Shown here one piece after another: positions 1 through 12,840 of a stretch of DNA of 64,000 bases; the first letter of the stretch is position 1, and each line of letters begins with the position of its first letter. Made by a program: the position numbers and the translations under genes. The notes beneath the pieces were generated by a model. The model did no database searches and was not told the origin of the DNA. It saw only the letters and a program-made list of their open reading frames with translations. Origin of the DNA: Lepidodermella squamata (Eukaryota > Animalia > Gastrotricha); NCBI GenBank assembly GCA_047495785.1, contig JBLDXI010000046.1:372001-436000 (forward strand), in the 5' to 3' direction.

Positions 1-339
1 ACAGCTTATTTTTTCGAATTTCACGCACTCCGTTCTCTATGAAGGTGAAAATCGCAAATTTCACGCGAAATTCTCTGCGCACGGATAAAGGTGGATTTTT
101 TATTACACGAAATCTTGGTGTTCAAAGTTGTACTCCGCTGTTCAAAGTTGTACTTTTGGGGTACCCCTTGCCAAATCCTTACGCTTGCGAATTTCCGAGA
201 ATAAAAAATATCAGGATGCTACGCAAGGCGGCCCCTATCGAACTACGTTGAAAACCCGACCAAAATCGCATCTGTTGAACTTACACAGCACATTTAAATT
301 TGCATGGACGTATGTGTTCAAAGTTGTACCGGATTACGG
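1..339. mobile_element. Right end of a non-autonomous TIR DNA transposon, same family as 44563-45477
   Basis: 1-339 aligns closely with about 45140-45477. It ends in the TIR tgttcaaagttgtaccggattacgg, followed by a duplicated attacgg and TA, and carries subterminal ttcaaagttgtac repeats. Confidence 0.85.
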
Positions 340-393
340 ATTACGGTATAACCAAATAAACAGAAAAGTTACTGTAGCAGAAAAACAACTTAC

Positions 394-1973
394 AGGAGCC
401 AGTGCTAACCGGGTTATAGAGTCCCCAAAATGGCGAGTTCATGTCAACAAGACTCATATCGTCCTCCCATCTGAAGCTCGCGACGAGGCCGATGAAAGCC
501 TTAGTCGTGCCTAAAACTTGATTAGCGGCGTCTAGATCAGCCTGAGTTTTGATCGTTGCCAGTTGTCCGCCTTCGCTTCGACAAGCCAGTACTTTAGAAC
601 GGAAGGATGCAGAATCGACGGACAGAAAGTAACGGTTCAAGTCACGCAGACATGCCGCGTAATTGTCAGCAAATTTCGTCGAGTTTGAGTAGGTTTTCAC
701 CTGCATTTTAAACAAAAATGTATGACAATATCCTGAAACGGAAGATCGTGAAAAGAAATGTACCGACAATTTTAAAAATTTTGAAATTATGAGACACGTT
801 GTACATCCAACTTACAATTGTTGCTCCGTTCGGGCAGAGGTTGTAACATTTCTTGCCGTTTGAAGTGTCGCACTGAACAGCATTCTGAAAAATTAAAATT
901 GGACATTTTAGTATTTCAATTCAAGCTTTCTTACCCATGATAAGCACGTAGCTCTGTTTCTGTAGATGCCCGTGGAAAATTCTTCGGTTTCATTAGCTAG
1001 GCAGCGGGTTCTGTTCAGTCGACAACCGGTAAATTCCCGAGTAGCAGGGTTGAAGCATCGGATGTGAGGTTTTACAGAGTCGGCAAGATCACCTGGGAAG
1101 AAGCACAACCAAGAAAATTCGGAATTAAAATTCTTGAAAAAATGCATCACTCACTGTTGACATTACCCAGGCATGCGTCCAAGTTTGCCAATCCCGTCAA
1201 TTTTTTTGTCTAATTTGAAACATATATTTTGATCAAATAGTTAATTTTTTGTCCTGTTACCGTATTGACTGGACATGAAAACGAACTCGGCACGCAGCTA
1301 ACAAACTTCTGGCTGGGATCAACGCATGAATCGACTTTGAGGTTCTATGAGAAGTTCATGTAAATAGATGAAATAAAATTGATGGATGTTTTCACCGTTA
1401 GTGAGTTGAGGTCATTCGCGCAAGCCACCAAGTTTGTCTTGAATGGATATGCGCCATTGTAAGAACCGCCAACCTAGATAACATATTAACAAAGTAAAAA
1501 GTTACAAGTCAGTACGAAAAAAGTACTATTTTAAAATCTAAAAATTAGAAAAAAAATAATTCTGTAAAATAAGTAGTACCATTTTCCAAATTCTTAGCAA
1601 TTTCAACCCGCAATTTCAATCAAAAACAAACATTGTGACCATAAAATTCCCACCATGATTTCGGTAAATTTTCCACATCCAGGATTGCCAGGTCGGCAGG
1701 TTGCTGCATTAGTTGAAAAGCCATAGCACAATCTAGCAGTCTGCGGGTGGAAAAAGGAAATCCAAGATCGAAAAATTTATACCCTTCTACTTTGGACTAT
1801 CCATGTGTGTTCAAAATTACCTGATATTCGCGCAAGAGAGAACAACCGCTGGGTAGCTAGCGGCAATCAGTGAATCGGTCGTCGAACTGCGAGAAGCAAC
1901 GAGCCCACTGTCCACATAGTACAAGCTGGCTAGCAGCAAAGATCGCGGCCAATATTTCGAGTATTAATTTCAT
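394..1973 (-). CDS. Secreted protein with Cys-rich N-terminal repeats and a C-type lectin domain; multi-exon, 3' end outside the window or disrupted
   Basis: ATG at 1973 begins a signal peptide (MKLILEILAAIFAASQLVLCG), followed by several short GT-AG exons with Cys modules. Exon 700-394 encodes CRSEGGQLATIKT...AFIGL...FRWED...FW...NP, a CTLD pattern, and ends at a gtaagt donor at 393. Confidence 0.75.
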
Positions 1974-3422
1974 TTGTTTACGATAACTAAAACCGTGAAA
2001 GAGCACATTTACAAAAACCATTTTGAAAAAATGATAAATTGAATCCAAGTCCAAGTTATCTCAGCTTCCTGGGTGAGATATGATTCTTACTCAGTTTTAA
2101 AAGCTGAATATTATGGTCGAAAAATTTCGATTATTACGTAAGCGGAAAGCTGCTTAAGTACGAATATCAAATAACGCGTACTTATTTAAGTACGAATATC
2201 CACTCCGAATTTGATTTTAAGTAAACAGATTGCTTTTTCCAACTGAACTGAATTACAACCTAAAAACTAAAAACGCATTTTTTACGCGTGTCGAAAGTCT
2301 TTCAAGCCGAAGGAAATTCAAAATGAATGACCAGTTGGAAGGGGCATTGAGATTGCCAATACACGAACTTAAACGGATAAGTTATTAGCGTCAACGGTTC
2401 CGAAGCTGTGAGCTCACCCCTCAGGTGTGAGTTTAGCACATCTTAACCGTTATTTTGCATTGAATTACCAGGAGCCGGGTTGACCAATGAAGCTGGCGAA
2501 CAATTGAATCAGTGAATAACGCAGACTCTTGGGAACCCAGCAAAAGCGTCCCAATCTGACGCTTAATTTTTTGAATTAACTGTGGCCAACTAGCCGATGG
2601 AGGCTTAGATTAGGGGTAATTCTCTGAAGGCTGGTAAACCATCGACGCCAGCGGTTCATGCAATCTTTCAAAGCTTCACACAACAGTTTTTTAGGGTCCA
2701 AAAACTGAGTCCTTTAGCCAAGGTTCTAGTACTAGCTTTAAGCATCTTTGCACTAAATTCGCCAAATTCTTTGCAATTTCGGCGCCTTCGGTTTTAGATC
2801 GATAGTGATGCCCTGAACCTAGGATTTTGTATTTTAGCAACATGGTAGCCTAAGCTACGTAGAAAAATTATTGATGTTGGGTTCCGAGACGGCTGAACGG
2901 TCTGAAAAATCACCTGGATAAGTAAAATCGATACTTGGAATTGATATCGGCTCTGCAGGCTGTTTAACTCACGAACTGACCGCTTCAAGTGCAAAATACG
3001 CGTAATATGAAGATCTACCGGTTGGGCATGATAGCAAAAATTTCAGTGAAGACATGAAACTCATATTTAGTGGAAATCTATTGCTGGAGTCTCAAAAATA
3101 GTGCTGGAACCCTAGATTTAGGGTGCACACGTGCCATGGCCGATTCTTTATACTTAATTATAGCTCTGAAAAAATGAATTTTATCCAAGAGGACATTCAT
3201 CAGAATATTCGGGCGATGCAGATACCACGAAGGCTGCATTTGCGGTATAAAACAGTCGTGAGCGCTATCCGGCATGCCAATCAAAGCAGCATGTGATCAA
3301 AGCTGAAAACGAACCGAGCTCAGATTTATTCATTATTAATGACTATTTTCCCCTGCACGAGTAAAATTCTTTAATTTTACGGCAAATGTTTCTTTTCGTG
3401 CAAAAAGCGTAGTTTTCTCGGT

Positions 3423-5557
3423 ATGAAATCAACTATAATATCTGTCATCTGCCTGCTACGCTGCCTGGTGAATGGCCAGCTGTACATTGCACAATTCAAG
3501 TATAATCAAGTTACAAATTTTCCAAATTTGGTTGCGTTTTGGCCGTTCAATGAGTTGTTCGGCACGCGGGACGTATCTGGCAATTCGGTGGACGCGGCTT
3601 TCAAAACAAACATGGGTGTCTTGACCCAGGGACCGTTCGGAGCAAACGATACAGCCTGGGAGACGAACAAAGCTGACAATACAAGTTGGATCGAAATCAA
3701 CGACACAAGGATCGACCTGGGTACGTCTTCATTCACAATCGCTGGTTTCGTTGTTGCTCCGATGAAAGGTTGCATTTTTGAATGGTACGCAAGTGGAAAT
3801 TTCAGAGGTCAGTTGTTGCGTTATAATGGAAACAATGGGACCGATCTCACGCCTAATTTCCTATATGCCGCCAATCGTAATGTGGGCGCTGCGCAAGTTG
3901 CATGTAATTTCTCAACATGGCAGTTCGTTGCGCTTGTTTACAACGCCGCCAACTCATCGCTGTACGGTGTCTGCGATACAGCATTCAGCGGAAGAGTTTA
4001 CCAGAATGCATCATCTCTACCGCCAACCAGCTCACTTTTAGGCTTGGCAAGAAGGAATCAGTTAGTTGTGATTAATATAGGTAATATCGATGATAGCTAA
4101 TATTTTAATGATCTCTATCTAGGCCAACAAGTGGCATTGCATCATATAATATGAAGTTCGCCTGTGTTTCACTTCACAACGCTGCTCTTCCCTTTGCAGC
4201 CATGACAGTTTTGAGACAACAATGCCAGCTTATCAATCGTAAGAAAAACTGTTGTTTTCAGTGATAGTTGTGATCGGGTGAGATGGTGGTATTTTGCTAG
4301 CATTTCTCTTGTGGCGAAAATCGCCAATGTTAAATCCACCTTAAAAAATTAATGGGTGAAATATAAAACTACTAAGACGCGCTGAGACCATTGAGATAAG
4401 ACCGATCAATGTGTGCTTAAAACAGAAATTACGTGCGCCCCGAATTGCCAACCTGCATCATGTGTTGGGGATCTGTCCCGCCCTCGTGGCTACACATGCA
4501 CATGTCAGGCAGGTTGGACTGGGCGGGACTGCAGCAAGCGTAAGTTGGAACGATTCTTTCCTATTTGATCAGTCTGAAATCTACGTCATGTTGCAGCTAC
4601 TTGTACTCCAGCCTGTGGCATGGGAGGTAACTGCACGGCTAAGGACATCTGCACATGTGCGCCAGGGTGGACTGGTGGGCTTTGCGACACACGTAGTTTC
4701 TTTAGTAATGTATTGCGAGAATCAAACGATTGTATAAATTATTGCAGCTATATGCCCGGCTGGTTGTGCAAACGGCGGAACGTGTGTTCGTCCCAATCGA
4801 TGCATCTGCACTTCGGACTGGAAGCCGCCAGATTGTCTAACGCGTTAGTCATCTCTTATCTGAATATTTTGCGAAATTTCTCTTCCTAAATTTGGATGCC
4901 CAAAAGCTAAGATGAGCGCACAAAATGAGCCAGAGCAAGGCAGAAAGTTGCGCGCGCACGTCCATTGTTCTCAGTTCAGAGCCAATCTGGCTTAACACGT
5001 TCAAGCCGACGGCCAACATAGGTGTTTGATAAGAGATATAGCAGGCCCGTCGCATTCTGATCGACCAGGGCGCGACGTGGTCGCTTTCGGTCGCCGTTAT
5101 TGGGGCCCGATTTTGGCCGGTCCGCGTGCAGTCGGTTAACGGAGCTTTACTGCTGTGCGCTTGGGGTTCTCTGAAAACGGGCCCGTATGCGCCGTATAGT
5201 GTAAATTTAACGAATTTGAACAAATCTCGTCTCACTTCACACGGGTCCACCGAGGTGTTGCCCAAGCACGGCTGAGAACAATAGGAACCAGCGGCCAAAC
5301 GGCTCATTTTTCGCCTACTGTCCAATGTCCAAATCATCCCCGAATACCAAAATTCAGCCTGTAAGACCTATTTCTACAGGCTGTTCTATTGTTTGATTTC
5401 ATTGAACCAACTTGCCAACAGCAACAACAATGAATTTCATTTAATTTGATGCCTATTTTAGCGGTCTGTGATAAAAACTGTTACCGTCGTGGTAGGTGTA
5501 TTGCTCCAAACGCGTGTGCCTGTAATTCTGGCTGGACAGGATTCAATTGCTTCAAGC
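3423..5557 (+). CDS. Secreted LamG (concanavalin A-like) + 4 EGF-like domain protein, paralog 1; terminal exon uncertain
   Basis: Signal peptide and LamG motifs (LVAFWPFN...DVSGN, GPFG, FTIAGFV, WQFVALVYN). Exons 3423-4060, 4123-4238, 4426-4539, 4597-4692, 4748-4843 and 5462-5557; the last four are phase-1 EGF exons (CxCxxGWTGxxC). Same exon layout as 56357-58195. Confidence 0.85.
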
Positions 5558-5583
5558 GTGAGTTTTATTTTGTCACTCCTTCT

Positions 5584-5933
5584 TTTCTTCTATCTAGTAC
5601 ATTTTCAGAGGTTTCAGGTAAGCATCAGGCTGTCGATTCATTGAAACTCCTTGAAGGCTTTGAAACATTTCAGCATGTCAAGTGGAGGGTTGTAATTAAA
5701 TTGAATAGAGGCAAATGTCAAATCAATAACTTGCATCTCATTACTCTGTGTTACCGTCACTTCAACTTTTCTTCTATCTGTTACATTTTCAGAGGTTTCA
5801 GGTAAGAATCGGGCTGTATGTTCGTTGAAACTCTTAAAGACTTGGGATTTTAGCAGCATGTCCAGCGAATGGTTGCAATTGAACCGAACTGCGGCAAACG
5901 CCTATTCAATAACTTGCATCTCATAGCTTTGTG
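5584..5933 (+). repeat. Diverged tandem duplication, period about 184 bp
   Basis: Both copies contain ttcttctatct..tacattttcagaggtttcaggtaag and tcaataacttgcatctcat. Confidence 0.85.
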
Positions 5934-6516
5934 TGCAGGTATAACATCACTGCTTTGAATTTGGTTATGTCGACTTCAGTTTGAAACGCGATTTTCGAGA
6001 ATTTTCGAGAATTCATTCGTAGATTATTCTGAAACATCAAACGATACTTACATTAACGATGTGCTCGTCTGCGTGAAAATAAAGCTTGATTTGGTACCAC
6101 AGTTTGTTATCATATTCGGCAATCTGTAAGGAAAGCTTGGAGATTTGACATAACTTAGCAACACCACCAGACAAAATTCCCGGCCGGGAAAATGATACAA
6201 CGAAGGACGAATAAGTGCAGGAACTCGAATGAGCAGTTACATCAAAATTTTTTATTCGACGCTACTTCGATAACTTATGAATTGATAGCGAAACACTTCA
6301 TGATCTGATTTCCGAAACTAACTTGCTTATTCCCAATTCATGAACGAGAAATTATGACCGAGATATGCTTTGTTGAAGATAAGACTGGGCTAAGCCTTTG
6401 GCTTTTGGGCCTGTCTGGTTAAAAGTGATCTCGTACCCTTTTTTATTGGAAATTTCTGTTTGACACTCGGTTCAAAGAAATGATTAGGAGACAAATGAAT
6501 TTATTGTTTCAGTCGC

Positions 6517-8996
6517 TCATTTCCGTGACAATAAGTTCTCGCTTAATTCCCACAACTTTTCAGCTTTCACATCGTCCCTTGCAATGGTCCAAACATCGAC
6601 TGCTTTGGAATTTCTAAAATGAGGAATAAAATCGATTTCATCGGTGTCCTCGCAGCGGCCTATTTCGTTACTCCCTACTGATGGCAAGATTCTCGAGGCA
6701 ATCATCGCCCGCTGGGTGAGCCAGGTGCTGGAGGACCAACATCTGTTGCCGGATAATCAATTCGCGTTTCGTGAGCACCGGTCTGCGGTGGACGTCCCTG
6801 TCCGCGTAGCCCACAGGGTGCACAAGGCTCGAGTGGATAAGCGCAAGGTGGTAGTTGTCGGCCTGGATGTCAAGGCCGCATACGACTCGGTATGGCATGC
6901 CGGTCTCGTCTACAAGCTTGGCCAGTTGCCCCTCCCGCGCAACCTGGTCGGATGGCTCGCCGACTATCTTCGAGATCGAAAGTTGCAAGCTCGCGTTGCG
7001 GGTTTTCTGAGCAGACAGGTCCAGCTGCAGTGCGGCGTGCCGCAAGGTTCCCCGCTGTCGCCCCTACTCTATGTCATCTACACTAGCGATCTTCTCCGGA
7101 CCCCCAGTGCCCCTGGCTGTGACTTGGATGCCTACGCTGATGACCTGACGGTTGTCGGTTCTGGTGCCTCGTTCCCCGAAGCTGAGATGTGTGCTCAGGC
7201 GGAAGTCGATCGCGTCGCCGCTTGGGCCTGCCTGTGGCGGCAGCAATTCAACGCCGCAAAGAGTGAGGTTGTCGCATTCTCCCGTCGTCCCCCCGGTGTG
7301 AGGCTCGTGCTTGGAGGCACTGTCATCCCGCAAGTCTCTGTACTTCGAATTCTGGGCATTCTGTTCGATGAGAAGTTGACCTGGAAGCCCCATATCGACC
7401 ATGTGCTCCATCGCTGTGGGAAAAATCTGTCGTGGTTCCGCTCGGTTGTCAGCCGGCCAGGGCTGTCTTTCCGGTGGCGCCGCACCGCCTACCTGGCGCT
7501 CGTCCGTTCCATCGCCACCTTCGGCTTCGTTTCCTTTGCGTCTGCTGCGAAGACGCAGCTCCGCCGCCTCGACGTGCTTCAGAATAACTGTCTGCGCGCC
7601 ATTCTCCATGTCCGTCTCGATGATCGTGTTCGTGTTAGTGCGCTGGAGCAGCGCTGTCGCCTGCCCAGTCTGTCCTCGCACTTACAAGCCGTCCAGTGCC
7701 GCTATGCCGACAACGTCGTACGCTTTGTGTTGCCGCTTCGCGAAGACATCGAGAATGTTCGGCTTTCCGCGTCGCCGCCTGTGAAGTCGCCTGTCTTCCT
7801 TCTCAACGCTCGCCTGCCGCCCGGCCCGCTCCCTGTCCCACAATGTTAGTCTCTCTCCTCTTTCTTCTTCCCCTTCCTGCTTATTTCCTTGTTTCTTCCT
7901 CTCCCGTCCTCTACCTTCCGTCTCTGCTGTCCTACCACTAATCACTAGCCTTCTGTCTTCTGCTGTGTATGATAATTCCGCTCCTTGTGATAATTTCAGT
8001 ATGTGCCCGTCCGGTGTTATGAGTGGCGCACTGTCCCGGACAAGCGCCTTTTCGTGATGTGCCTGCGCCTTTTTTCTTACCTTCCAAATTGTATATTTTC
8101 GTTCGTTTTATCTGGAAAAAAGGACAAAATAAAAAGCTTTTCGTTTTCGTTCATGCATATTTACGTGTAAGCAAATTTACGTGAAGTAGCGACCGGAATA
8201 TTTTTCGATCCCAGGCTGAGTGGCGCAATAGATTGTTGTTTTAATGCCATCCGAAGGAGACGTTAACATGCAAGCAGCAAGCGGGCGCATTAATGACTGG
8301 AGGCATTGGCCACGATTTCTCATCAATTCAGTTTGAATAATGCCAGGATGGAGGCAGTAGACGGTGATGCCCGATTTCCGATCGCCGCCATTCAGCCGTT
8401 TCTCGAGTTCGCGAGTGAACAGAATGTTGGCGAGTTTCGATCGGCTGTACGCTGTCCAAGGGCCGTAGCTGCCCCGCTCGTAATTAGGATCATCGATTGG
8501 GAATCCCACTGGCCAGCAAAATTTGTAAGCCAAGGCTGCAACGATCACAATTCGAGCTGGAGCGGACCTAAGAAAGCGAACAGGCCGCGATATTATATAT
8601 TTCATGATTTCTTCAACAATTATAGAAAACCAACTTTTTCAGCAGATCAAGGAGGAGTTGGGTGAGTAGGAAATGGCCCAAATGGTTCGTCCCGAAGCTG
8701 ATTTCGAAGCCATCAGCTGTCATAGCTTTTTCACTCGGCCCGTAAACCGCTGCATTCTCGATCAGCACATGCAACTCAGGCTCCTGCGTATTCACTTCAG
8801 TGGCGAATTTACGAATCGAAGCTATCGATGCCAAGTCCAGGTTTCGAAGTGACAACCGCCGCTTCGTTTCCTCGTCATTGGTTATTCCGGCTTTTTCTCG
8901 GATGTATTGAACGGCTTCGGCAGCGGTTTGCATGTTTCGACACGCCATAATGACTCGTTTTGCGCCTTGCTTCACCAATTCGAGAACAGTCTCCCG
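6517..8996 (-). pseudogene. RDH11-14-like short-chain dehydrogenase/reductase, 5'-truncated (no TGxxxGxG)
   Basis: Exons about 8996-8635, 8567-8181 and 6613-6517 splice in frame. Motifs: RETVLELVKQGAKRVIMACRN, LDLASIASIR, FGTNHLGHFLLT, SAPARIV, catalytic YSRSK, LWELSE. An in-frame TAG and unrelated sequence lie where the Rossmann Gly motif should be. Confidence 0.8.
6643..8150 (+). mobile_element. 5'-truncated non-LTR retrotransposon (LINE, I/Jockey-group-like RT), antisense in the last SDR intron
   Basis: ORF 6644-7849 has RPISLL, QFAFR, LDVKAAYDSVWH, GVPQGSPLSPLLY, YADD and LGILFD. A pyrimidine-rich 3'UTR ends aataaaaagcttttcgttttcg. Confidence 0.93.
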
Positions 8997-8997
8997 A

Positions 8998-9230
8998 ACA
9001 GTGCAAGCTGGCTAGCAGCAAAGATCGCGCCCAATATAACAAATGTTGATTTCATTTATTTAAGGTAAATAAAGCGTGATGAATGCACGATTAAAAACAT
9101 TCAGTCGAATTGCGAGAAGCAACGAACCCACGGTCCACATAGTACAAGTTGGCTAGCAGCGAAGATTGCGGCCAATATCTCGAGTATTAATTTCATTTCT
9201 TGATGATATCTAAAAGCGTGATGAGCGCTG
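8998..9230 (-). repeat. Two tandem copies of exon 1 (signal peptide) and 5' flank of the lectin gene at about 1880-2005
   Basis: 9104-9196 is near-identical to 1881-1973. 9001-9055 is a more diverged copy (MKSTFVILGAIFAASQLAL). Confidence 0.88.
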
Positions 9231-9476
9231 GATTACCAATTCAAGCGATGATAAATTCGGAGGAAACATGAAATAAAATAATAAAATAAAATAAAATAAA
9301 ATAATTATTATAGTATTCGGGAAAAATCTAATACTAGCGTGCGATTCAATTTATTTCTGTGTTCGGACACATTTTTGACAAGTAAACAGGGGTGAACCAC
9401 GTGGATAACTTTCTCAATCTGGCACTAGATTCATTTTTTTGAAAAGCTGGCAAAAAAATTAGATTTTTCTTATATA

Positions 9477-11807
9477 CCGTAACGAGTGGTAACTTTGGAC
9501 AAAACGTGTTTTTCGAACATTAAAAATCAGCCTTTACTCCCAAATTTTTGAAATTTTCACCAAAGGTGGGGACGGTGATTCTTGAATTTACTCAAAATTT
9601 TGAGAATTTTGAGAATTTTACCTGACCTTTGGCTAATTAATATGTGTTCCGGTAACTTTGGACAATTAGAGGGTAGTTTTGGACACTCATTTGCATATGC
9701 AATTTCATTGTGAATTATCTGTTTCAAAAGTGTCTAAAAGTGTCTAAAAGTGTCCAAAATTACCCCAATTTTCACCTGTTTTTCAGGTTAATGCCCTGCT
9801 AAAACGCGTCGACGGATTGCCATTTTTTCTTCGATTATAGGGAGAGTAAATATAGGAGAATACTCATGCCAACTTTTTCTTGAAAACTGATCGACTTTTA
9901 AAAAGATAGAAGGGGGGTCCCAAAACGGCACCCAAAGTCTAAGGACTCAGCTAATGTCATCGAACCTTTATTTTCTTTTCGCGTACCATTTTGACTTAAA
10001 GCGTCGGAAATACAAAAATCGCAAGGAAAGTAAATTAAACCATCGGAATGACTTGTTTTGATTTATTTCATCGGAACACGCGACTAATGTATCGTAACAC
10101 TACCTTAAACCGTCGGAATTCGCGCTAAATTGAAGCAGCAATGAACGATTTATTAAACATTAATTTATTCTCCCATTTTTCATCATTCGAAACATGAATT
10201 TTTTGAAATTGTACGAATCTGACGGAAGTGTAGAGGAATTTGAGGACTCCGACGAGGCTATCGATGGGCAGTCGGTCGAGAATCAAGATCAGGACTGGGA
10301 TGAAGATGACCCTGCTCTGGTTGACGATGAAAATGACTTTATTGCCGACCCGAAGCCGACAGATGAATTTGAGTTTGATTTGTTCGAAACTTTGCCATTC
10401 GGCATTACATTCCATGAAGCCAAGGACTTCGTCAAGCGGAACTACAGCATTCTCTGGATTGACACTACGAAGAGCGGTTTCAACAAGCAAACATGCTATT
10501 ACGTCTGTAAGCATCGGAAGTCTGGCTCAAAGGATTGCCCCCATCGGGGTGTACTCAAATGGTCTCCTGACCAAGCCGTGTTTTCGTGTGGCGGCGCTCA
10601 TGTGCATCCAACCAATTCGACAAGCGTGTTAACAGCCGAGGTGAGGCGATATGTGCTGGATCATATCAATGATCCACCCAAGTACATCAGGGAGCGGCTC
10701 ATCAAAGACAATCCAAAGCTGACAACGAGGCAAGTCGCCAATTTGAAGCAACAGTTGAAGAGAAAACATCGAATGGCAACTGTTGGTCCTGACGCGCTTT
10801 CAAGCTCTTTCGGAACAGCCGAGCTTCGTGCCTGGTGCGAATCACGAACTCAGAAGCCTGTCGATGACAAACAACCTTATGTCGTCCACTACGAAGTCGA
10901 GGAATCGCTGGCTAACAAGGATAGGAAACCGTTCTGGGCAGTTGTCATTAGCTGCACGTTCCTCCTTAATCTTCTGGCCGTCGCTAGAAGTTTCCAAATC
11001 GATGCCACGCACAAGGTAATTCAGGGTGGCCACAAGGTCTTTATCCACTTTGGCCACTTTTCCTGCTGGTCCTCCTGAAACCGAACCGATTGGTCGAGGC
11101 TCTAGAGCACGAGGTCGCGGCCGTGGACGTGGTCGAGGACAAGCCACCACAGTGGAGCAACTACCCGCTGTTGTTCGAGGAAGAGGTCGCGGGCGGCCCC
11201 GAGGCCGTGGATCAGGACGAGGACAGGGATCAGTTGATTTGCTGGCAGTTGAAGATGCTCCGATTGCCGCTACAGCAGCGATGACACGAAGCCGAGGTCG
11301 CGGTCGTGGACGCGGGGTGGAGCTTCCAGAAGAGCTGGTTGCTCCGGCGGTTGCTCGCGGCCGTGGCGCGGGTCGCCGACGGGGGCGGGGACGTTCTTAA
11401 TTAAGTCTTAATTTGCGACTCTTTGAAAGTTACTTATTTGATCGAACATAATGTCTTAACACATCGGAAAATAAGAATAAATATAAAGGCGACTTTTCCG
11501 ATGCTTATTATTTAAAATATAAAAATTGAATATTCCGATGGTTCCGACGCTTTAAGTTAAAATGGTTCGAGAAAAGAAAATAAAAGTTCGCGGGTTTCAT
11601 GTTACTTCAAGTCTAACTGCTTGTAACTTTTTCTGAAGTACGATTTCAGCTCCAATCGTTTTGATTTTTATTTCAAACGAAAGCTGAAGAGACGGAGAAT
11701 TTTTTGCAAAAACCTCCATGATTTAAACGTTCAACCCTGAAAAGCTAAACACGTGCAAAGCCGAAAGTGTCCAAAGTTACCGTGTCCACAATCACCACAC
11801 GTTACGG
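9477..11807. mobile_element. TA-flanked non-autonomous DNA transposon (Tc1/mariner-pogo-like ends) hosting a Mutator-like element
   Basis: TA|CCGTAACGAGTGGTAACTTTGGACA at the left and TGTCCACAATCACCACACGTTACGG|TA at the right, with subterminal ggtaactttggaca/tgtccaaagttacc repeats. Superfamily is inferred from the TA target site. Confidence 0.8.
9961..11590 (+). mobile_element. Mutator-like (MULE) element, internal-deletion derivative
   Basis: About 49-bp TIRs at 9961-10009 and 11542-11590. ORF 10194-11078 has a CKHRKSGSKDC...HVH WRKY/GCM1-like finger and FQIDATHK (first catalytic Asp). It is joined near 11045 to an RGRGR/GRPRGR-rich tail in another frame (stop 11400). No TSD seen. Confidence 0.75.
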
Positions 11808-12840
11808 TATAGGGAAACAGATCACTATTTTCAATTTAACTGAACTACTGCCTAAAAAGTACAAACGAAGACGGTTTCATTCATATTTGGAAACCTTGGA
11901 AACCTGTTCACGAGTTTTAAAACCTTCAAGATTTTTGAAGAATTTTCCAATTTTTGAAAAATAGTTGTTCAATTTTGAAAAAATTTCAAATTGCGACGAC
12001 TTTCCGGACTCCAGAAATTTTACGAAAATTAAGATTAAACTCTTTCATGAGTAGTATATTTTTCTTCCGTAACTTATAGTCGGATGTAGCCTATATATAA
12101 TTTCCAATTTTCGAACGGAAAAGAATTCATTTTATATGATTATTTGAGTTGTTATGGGGTGAATTATCTGCGTTTACGATTTATTCACCTGAGGCTGCGA
12201 ATTTTCCAGCTGAATATAATACGACAAAGTGCAATTTTCGAGTTCATTTCCAACTGAACTTTTGCATAATGCCCAACGGCGATTCCTGATGACGATGAGC
12301 CTGAAACGATTTATCGAAATATTTTTTGGAAATTAAAAGACTTGAGAAATAGGATAGAACACGGTAGGCACGCTTTATTAAGGAATTCAATTTTTCATTG
12401 GCAGTGAAAAATGATTTGTACACGGAACAATATTATAATTATTGAAGGTAAAAAAATACGCGGGCCGGTTGAACAGAAACAATTTTCACCTAGCCATATT
12501 GCGCGCACATCTCTATCAGGAGAAAAAACGCGCAATGACGCGACGAAAAAAGTCGAAAAAAAACACACGCACACATACACATACATTCATTTCCGCGCAC
12601 CGAAACAACGACATAACCACCACTTTTTACCGCACCATCATCTTCGCATCCACCTTTCGAAAATTATCAGGAGAAAATTTTGAATGTGAGGTAAAATTTT
12701 TGAGTAGATTTCAAGTCAATATCACGCAAACAGCGCCTGTTGGCTCAAAGTCCTGTATTAGAAACAGGCGCCGTTTGAAAAAATTAAGTTTCATTATTTG
12801 ATTTGTGTCGATGAGTTCTTTATTGTAGTCTCTGGCTGAT

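Noticed and set aside
39-514. ORFs 39-251 and 128-514 and their look-alikes at 45165-45451
   Set aside because: The similarity reflects two copies of a non-coding transposon.
1857-1859. In-frame TAG after the signal peptide as readthrough or a nonsense mutation
   Set aside because: It is the acceptor AG of a ~52-nt intron (gtgggc...cgctag).
4849-5357. 162-aa minus-strand ORF in a LamG-EGF intron
   Set aside because: It has no recognisable motifs, and the region is bounded by weak inverted repeats (aaaatgagcc/ggctcatttt), so it is probably a decayed insertion.
11026-11400. RG-rich ORF as an independent RNA-binding protein
   Set aside because: It lies inside the MULE TIRs, starts at the deletion junction, and resembles a transposase C-terminal tail.
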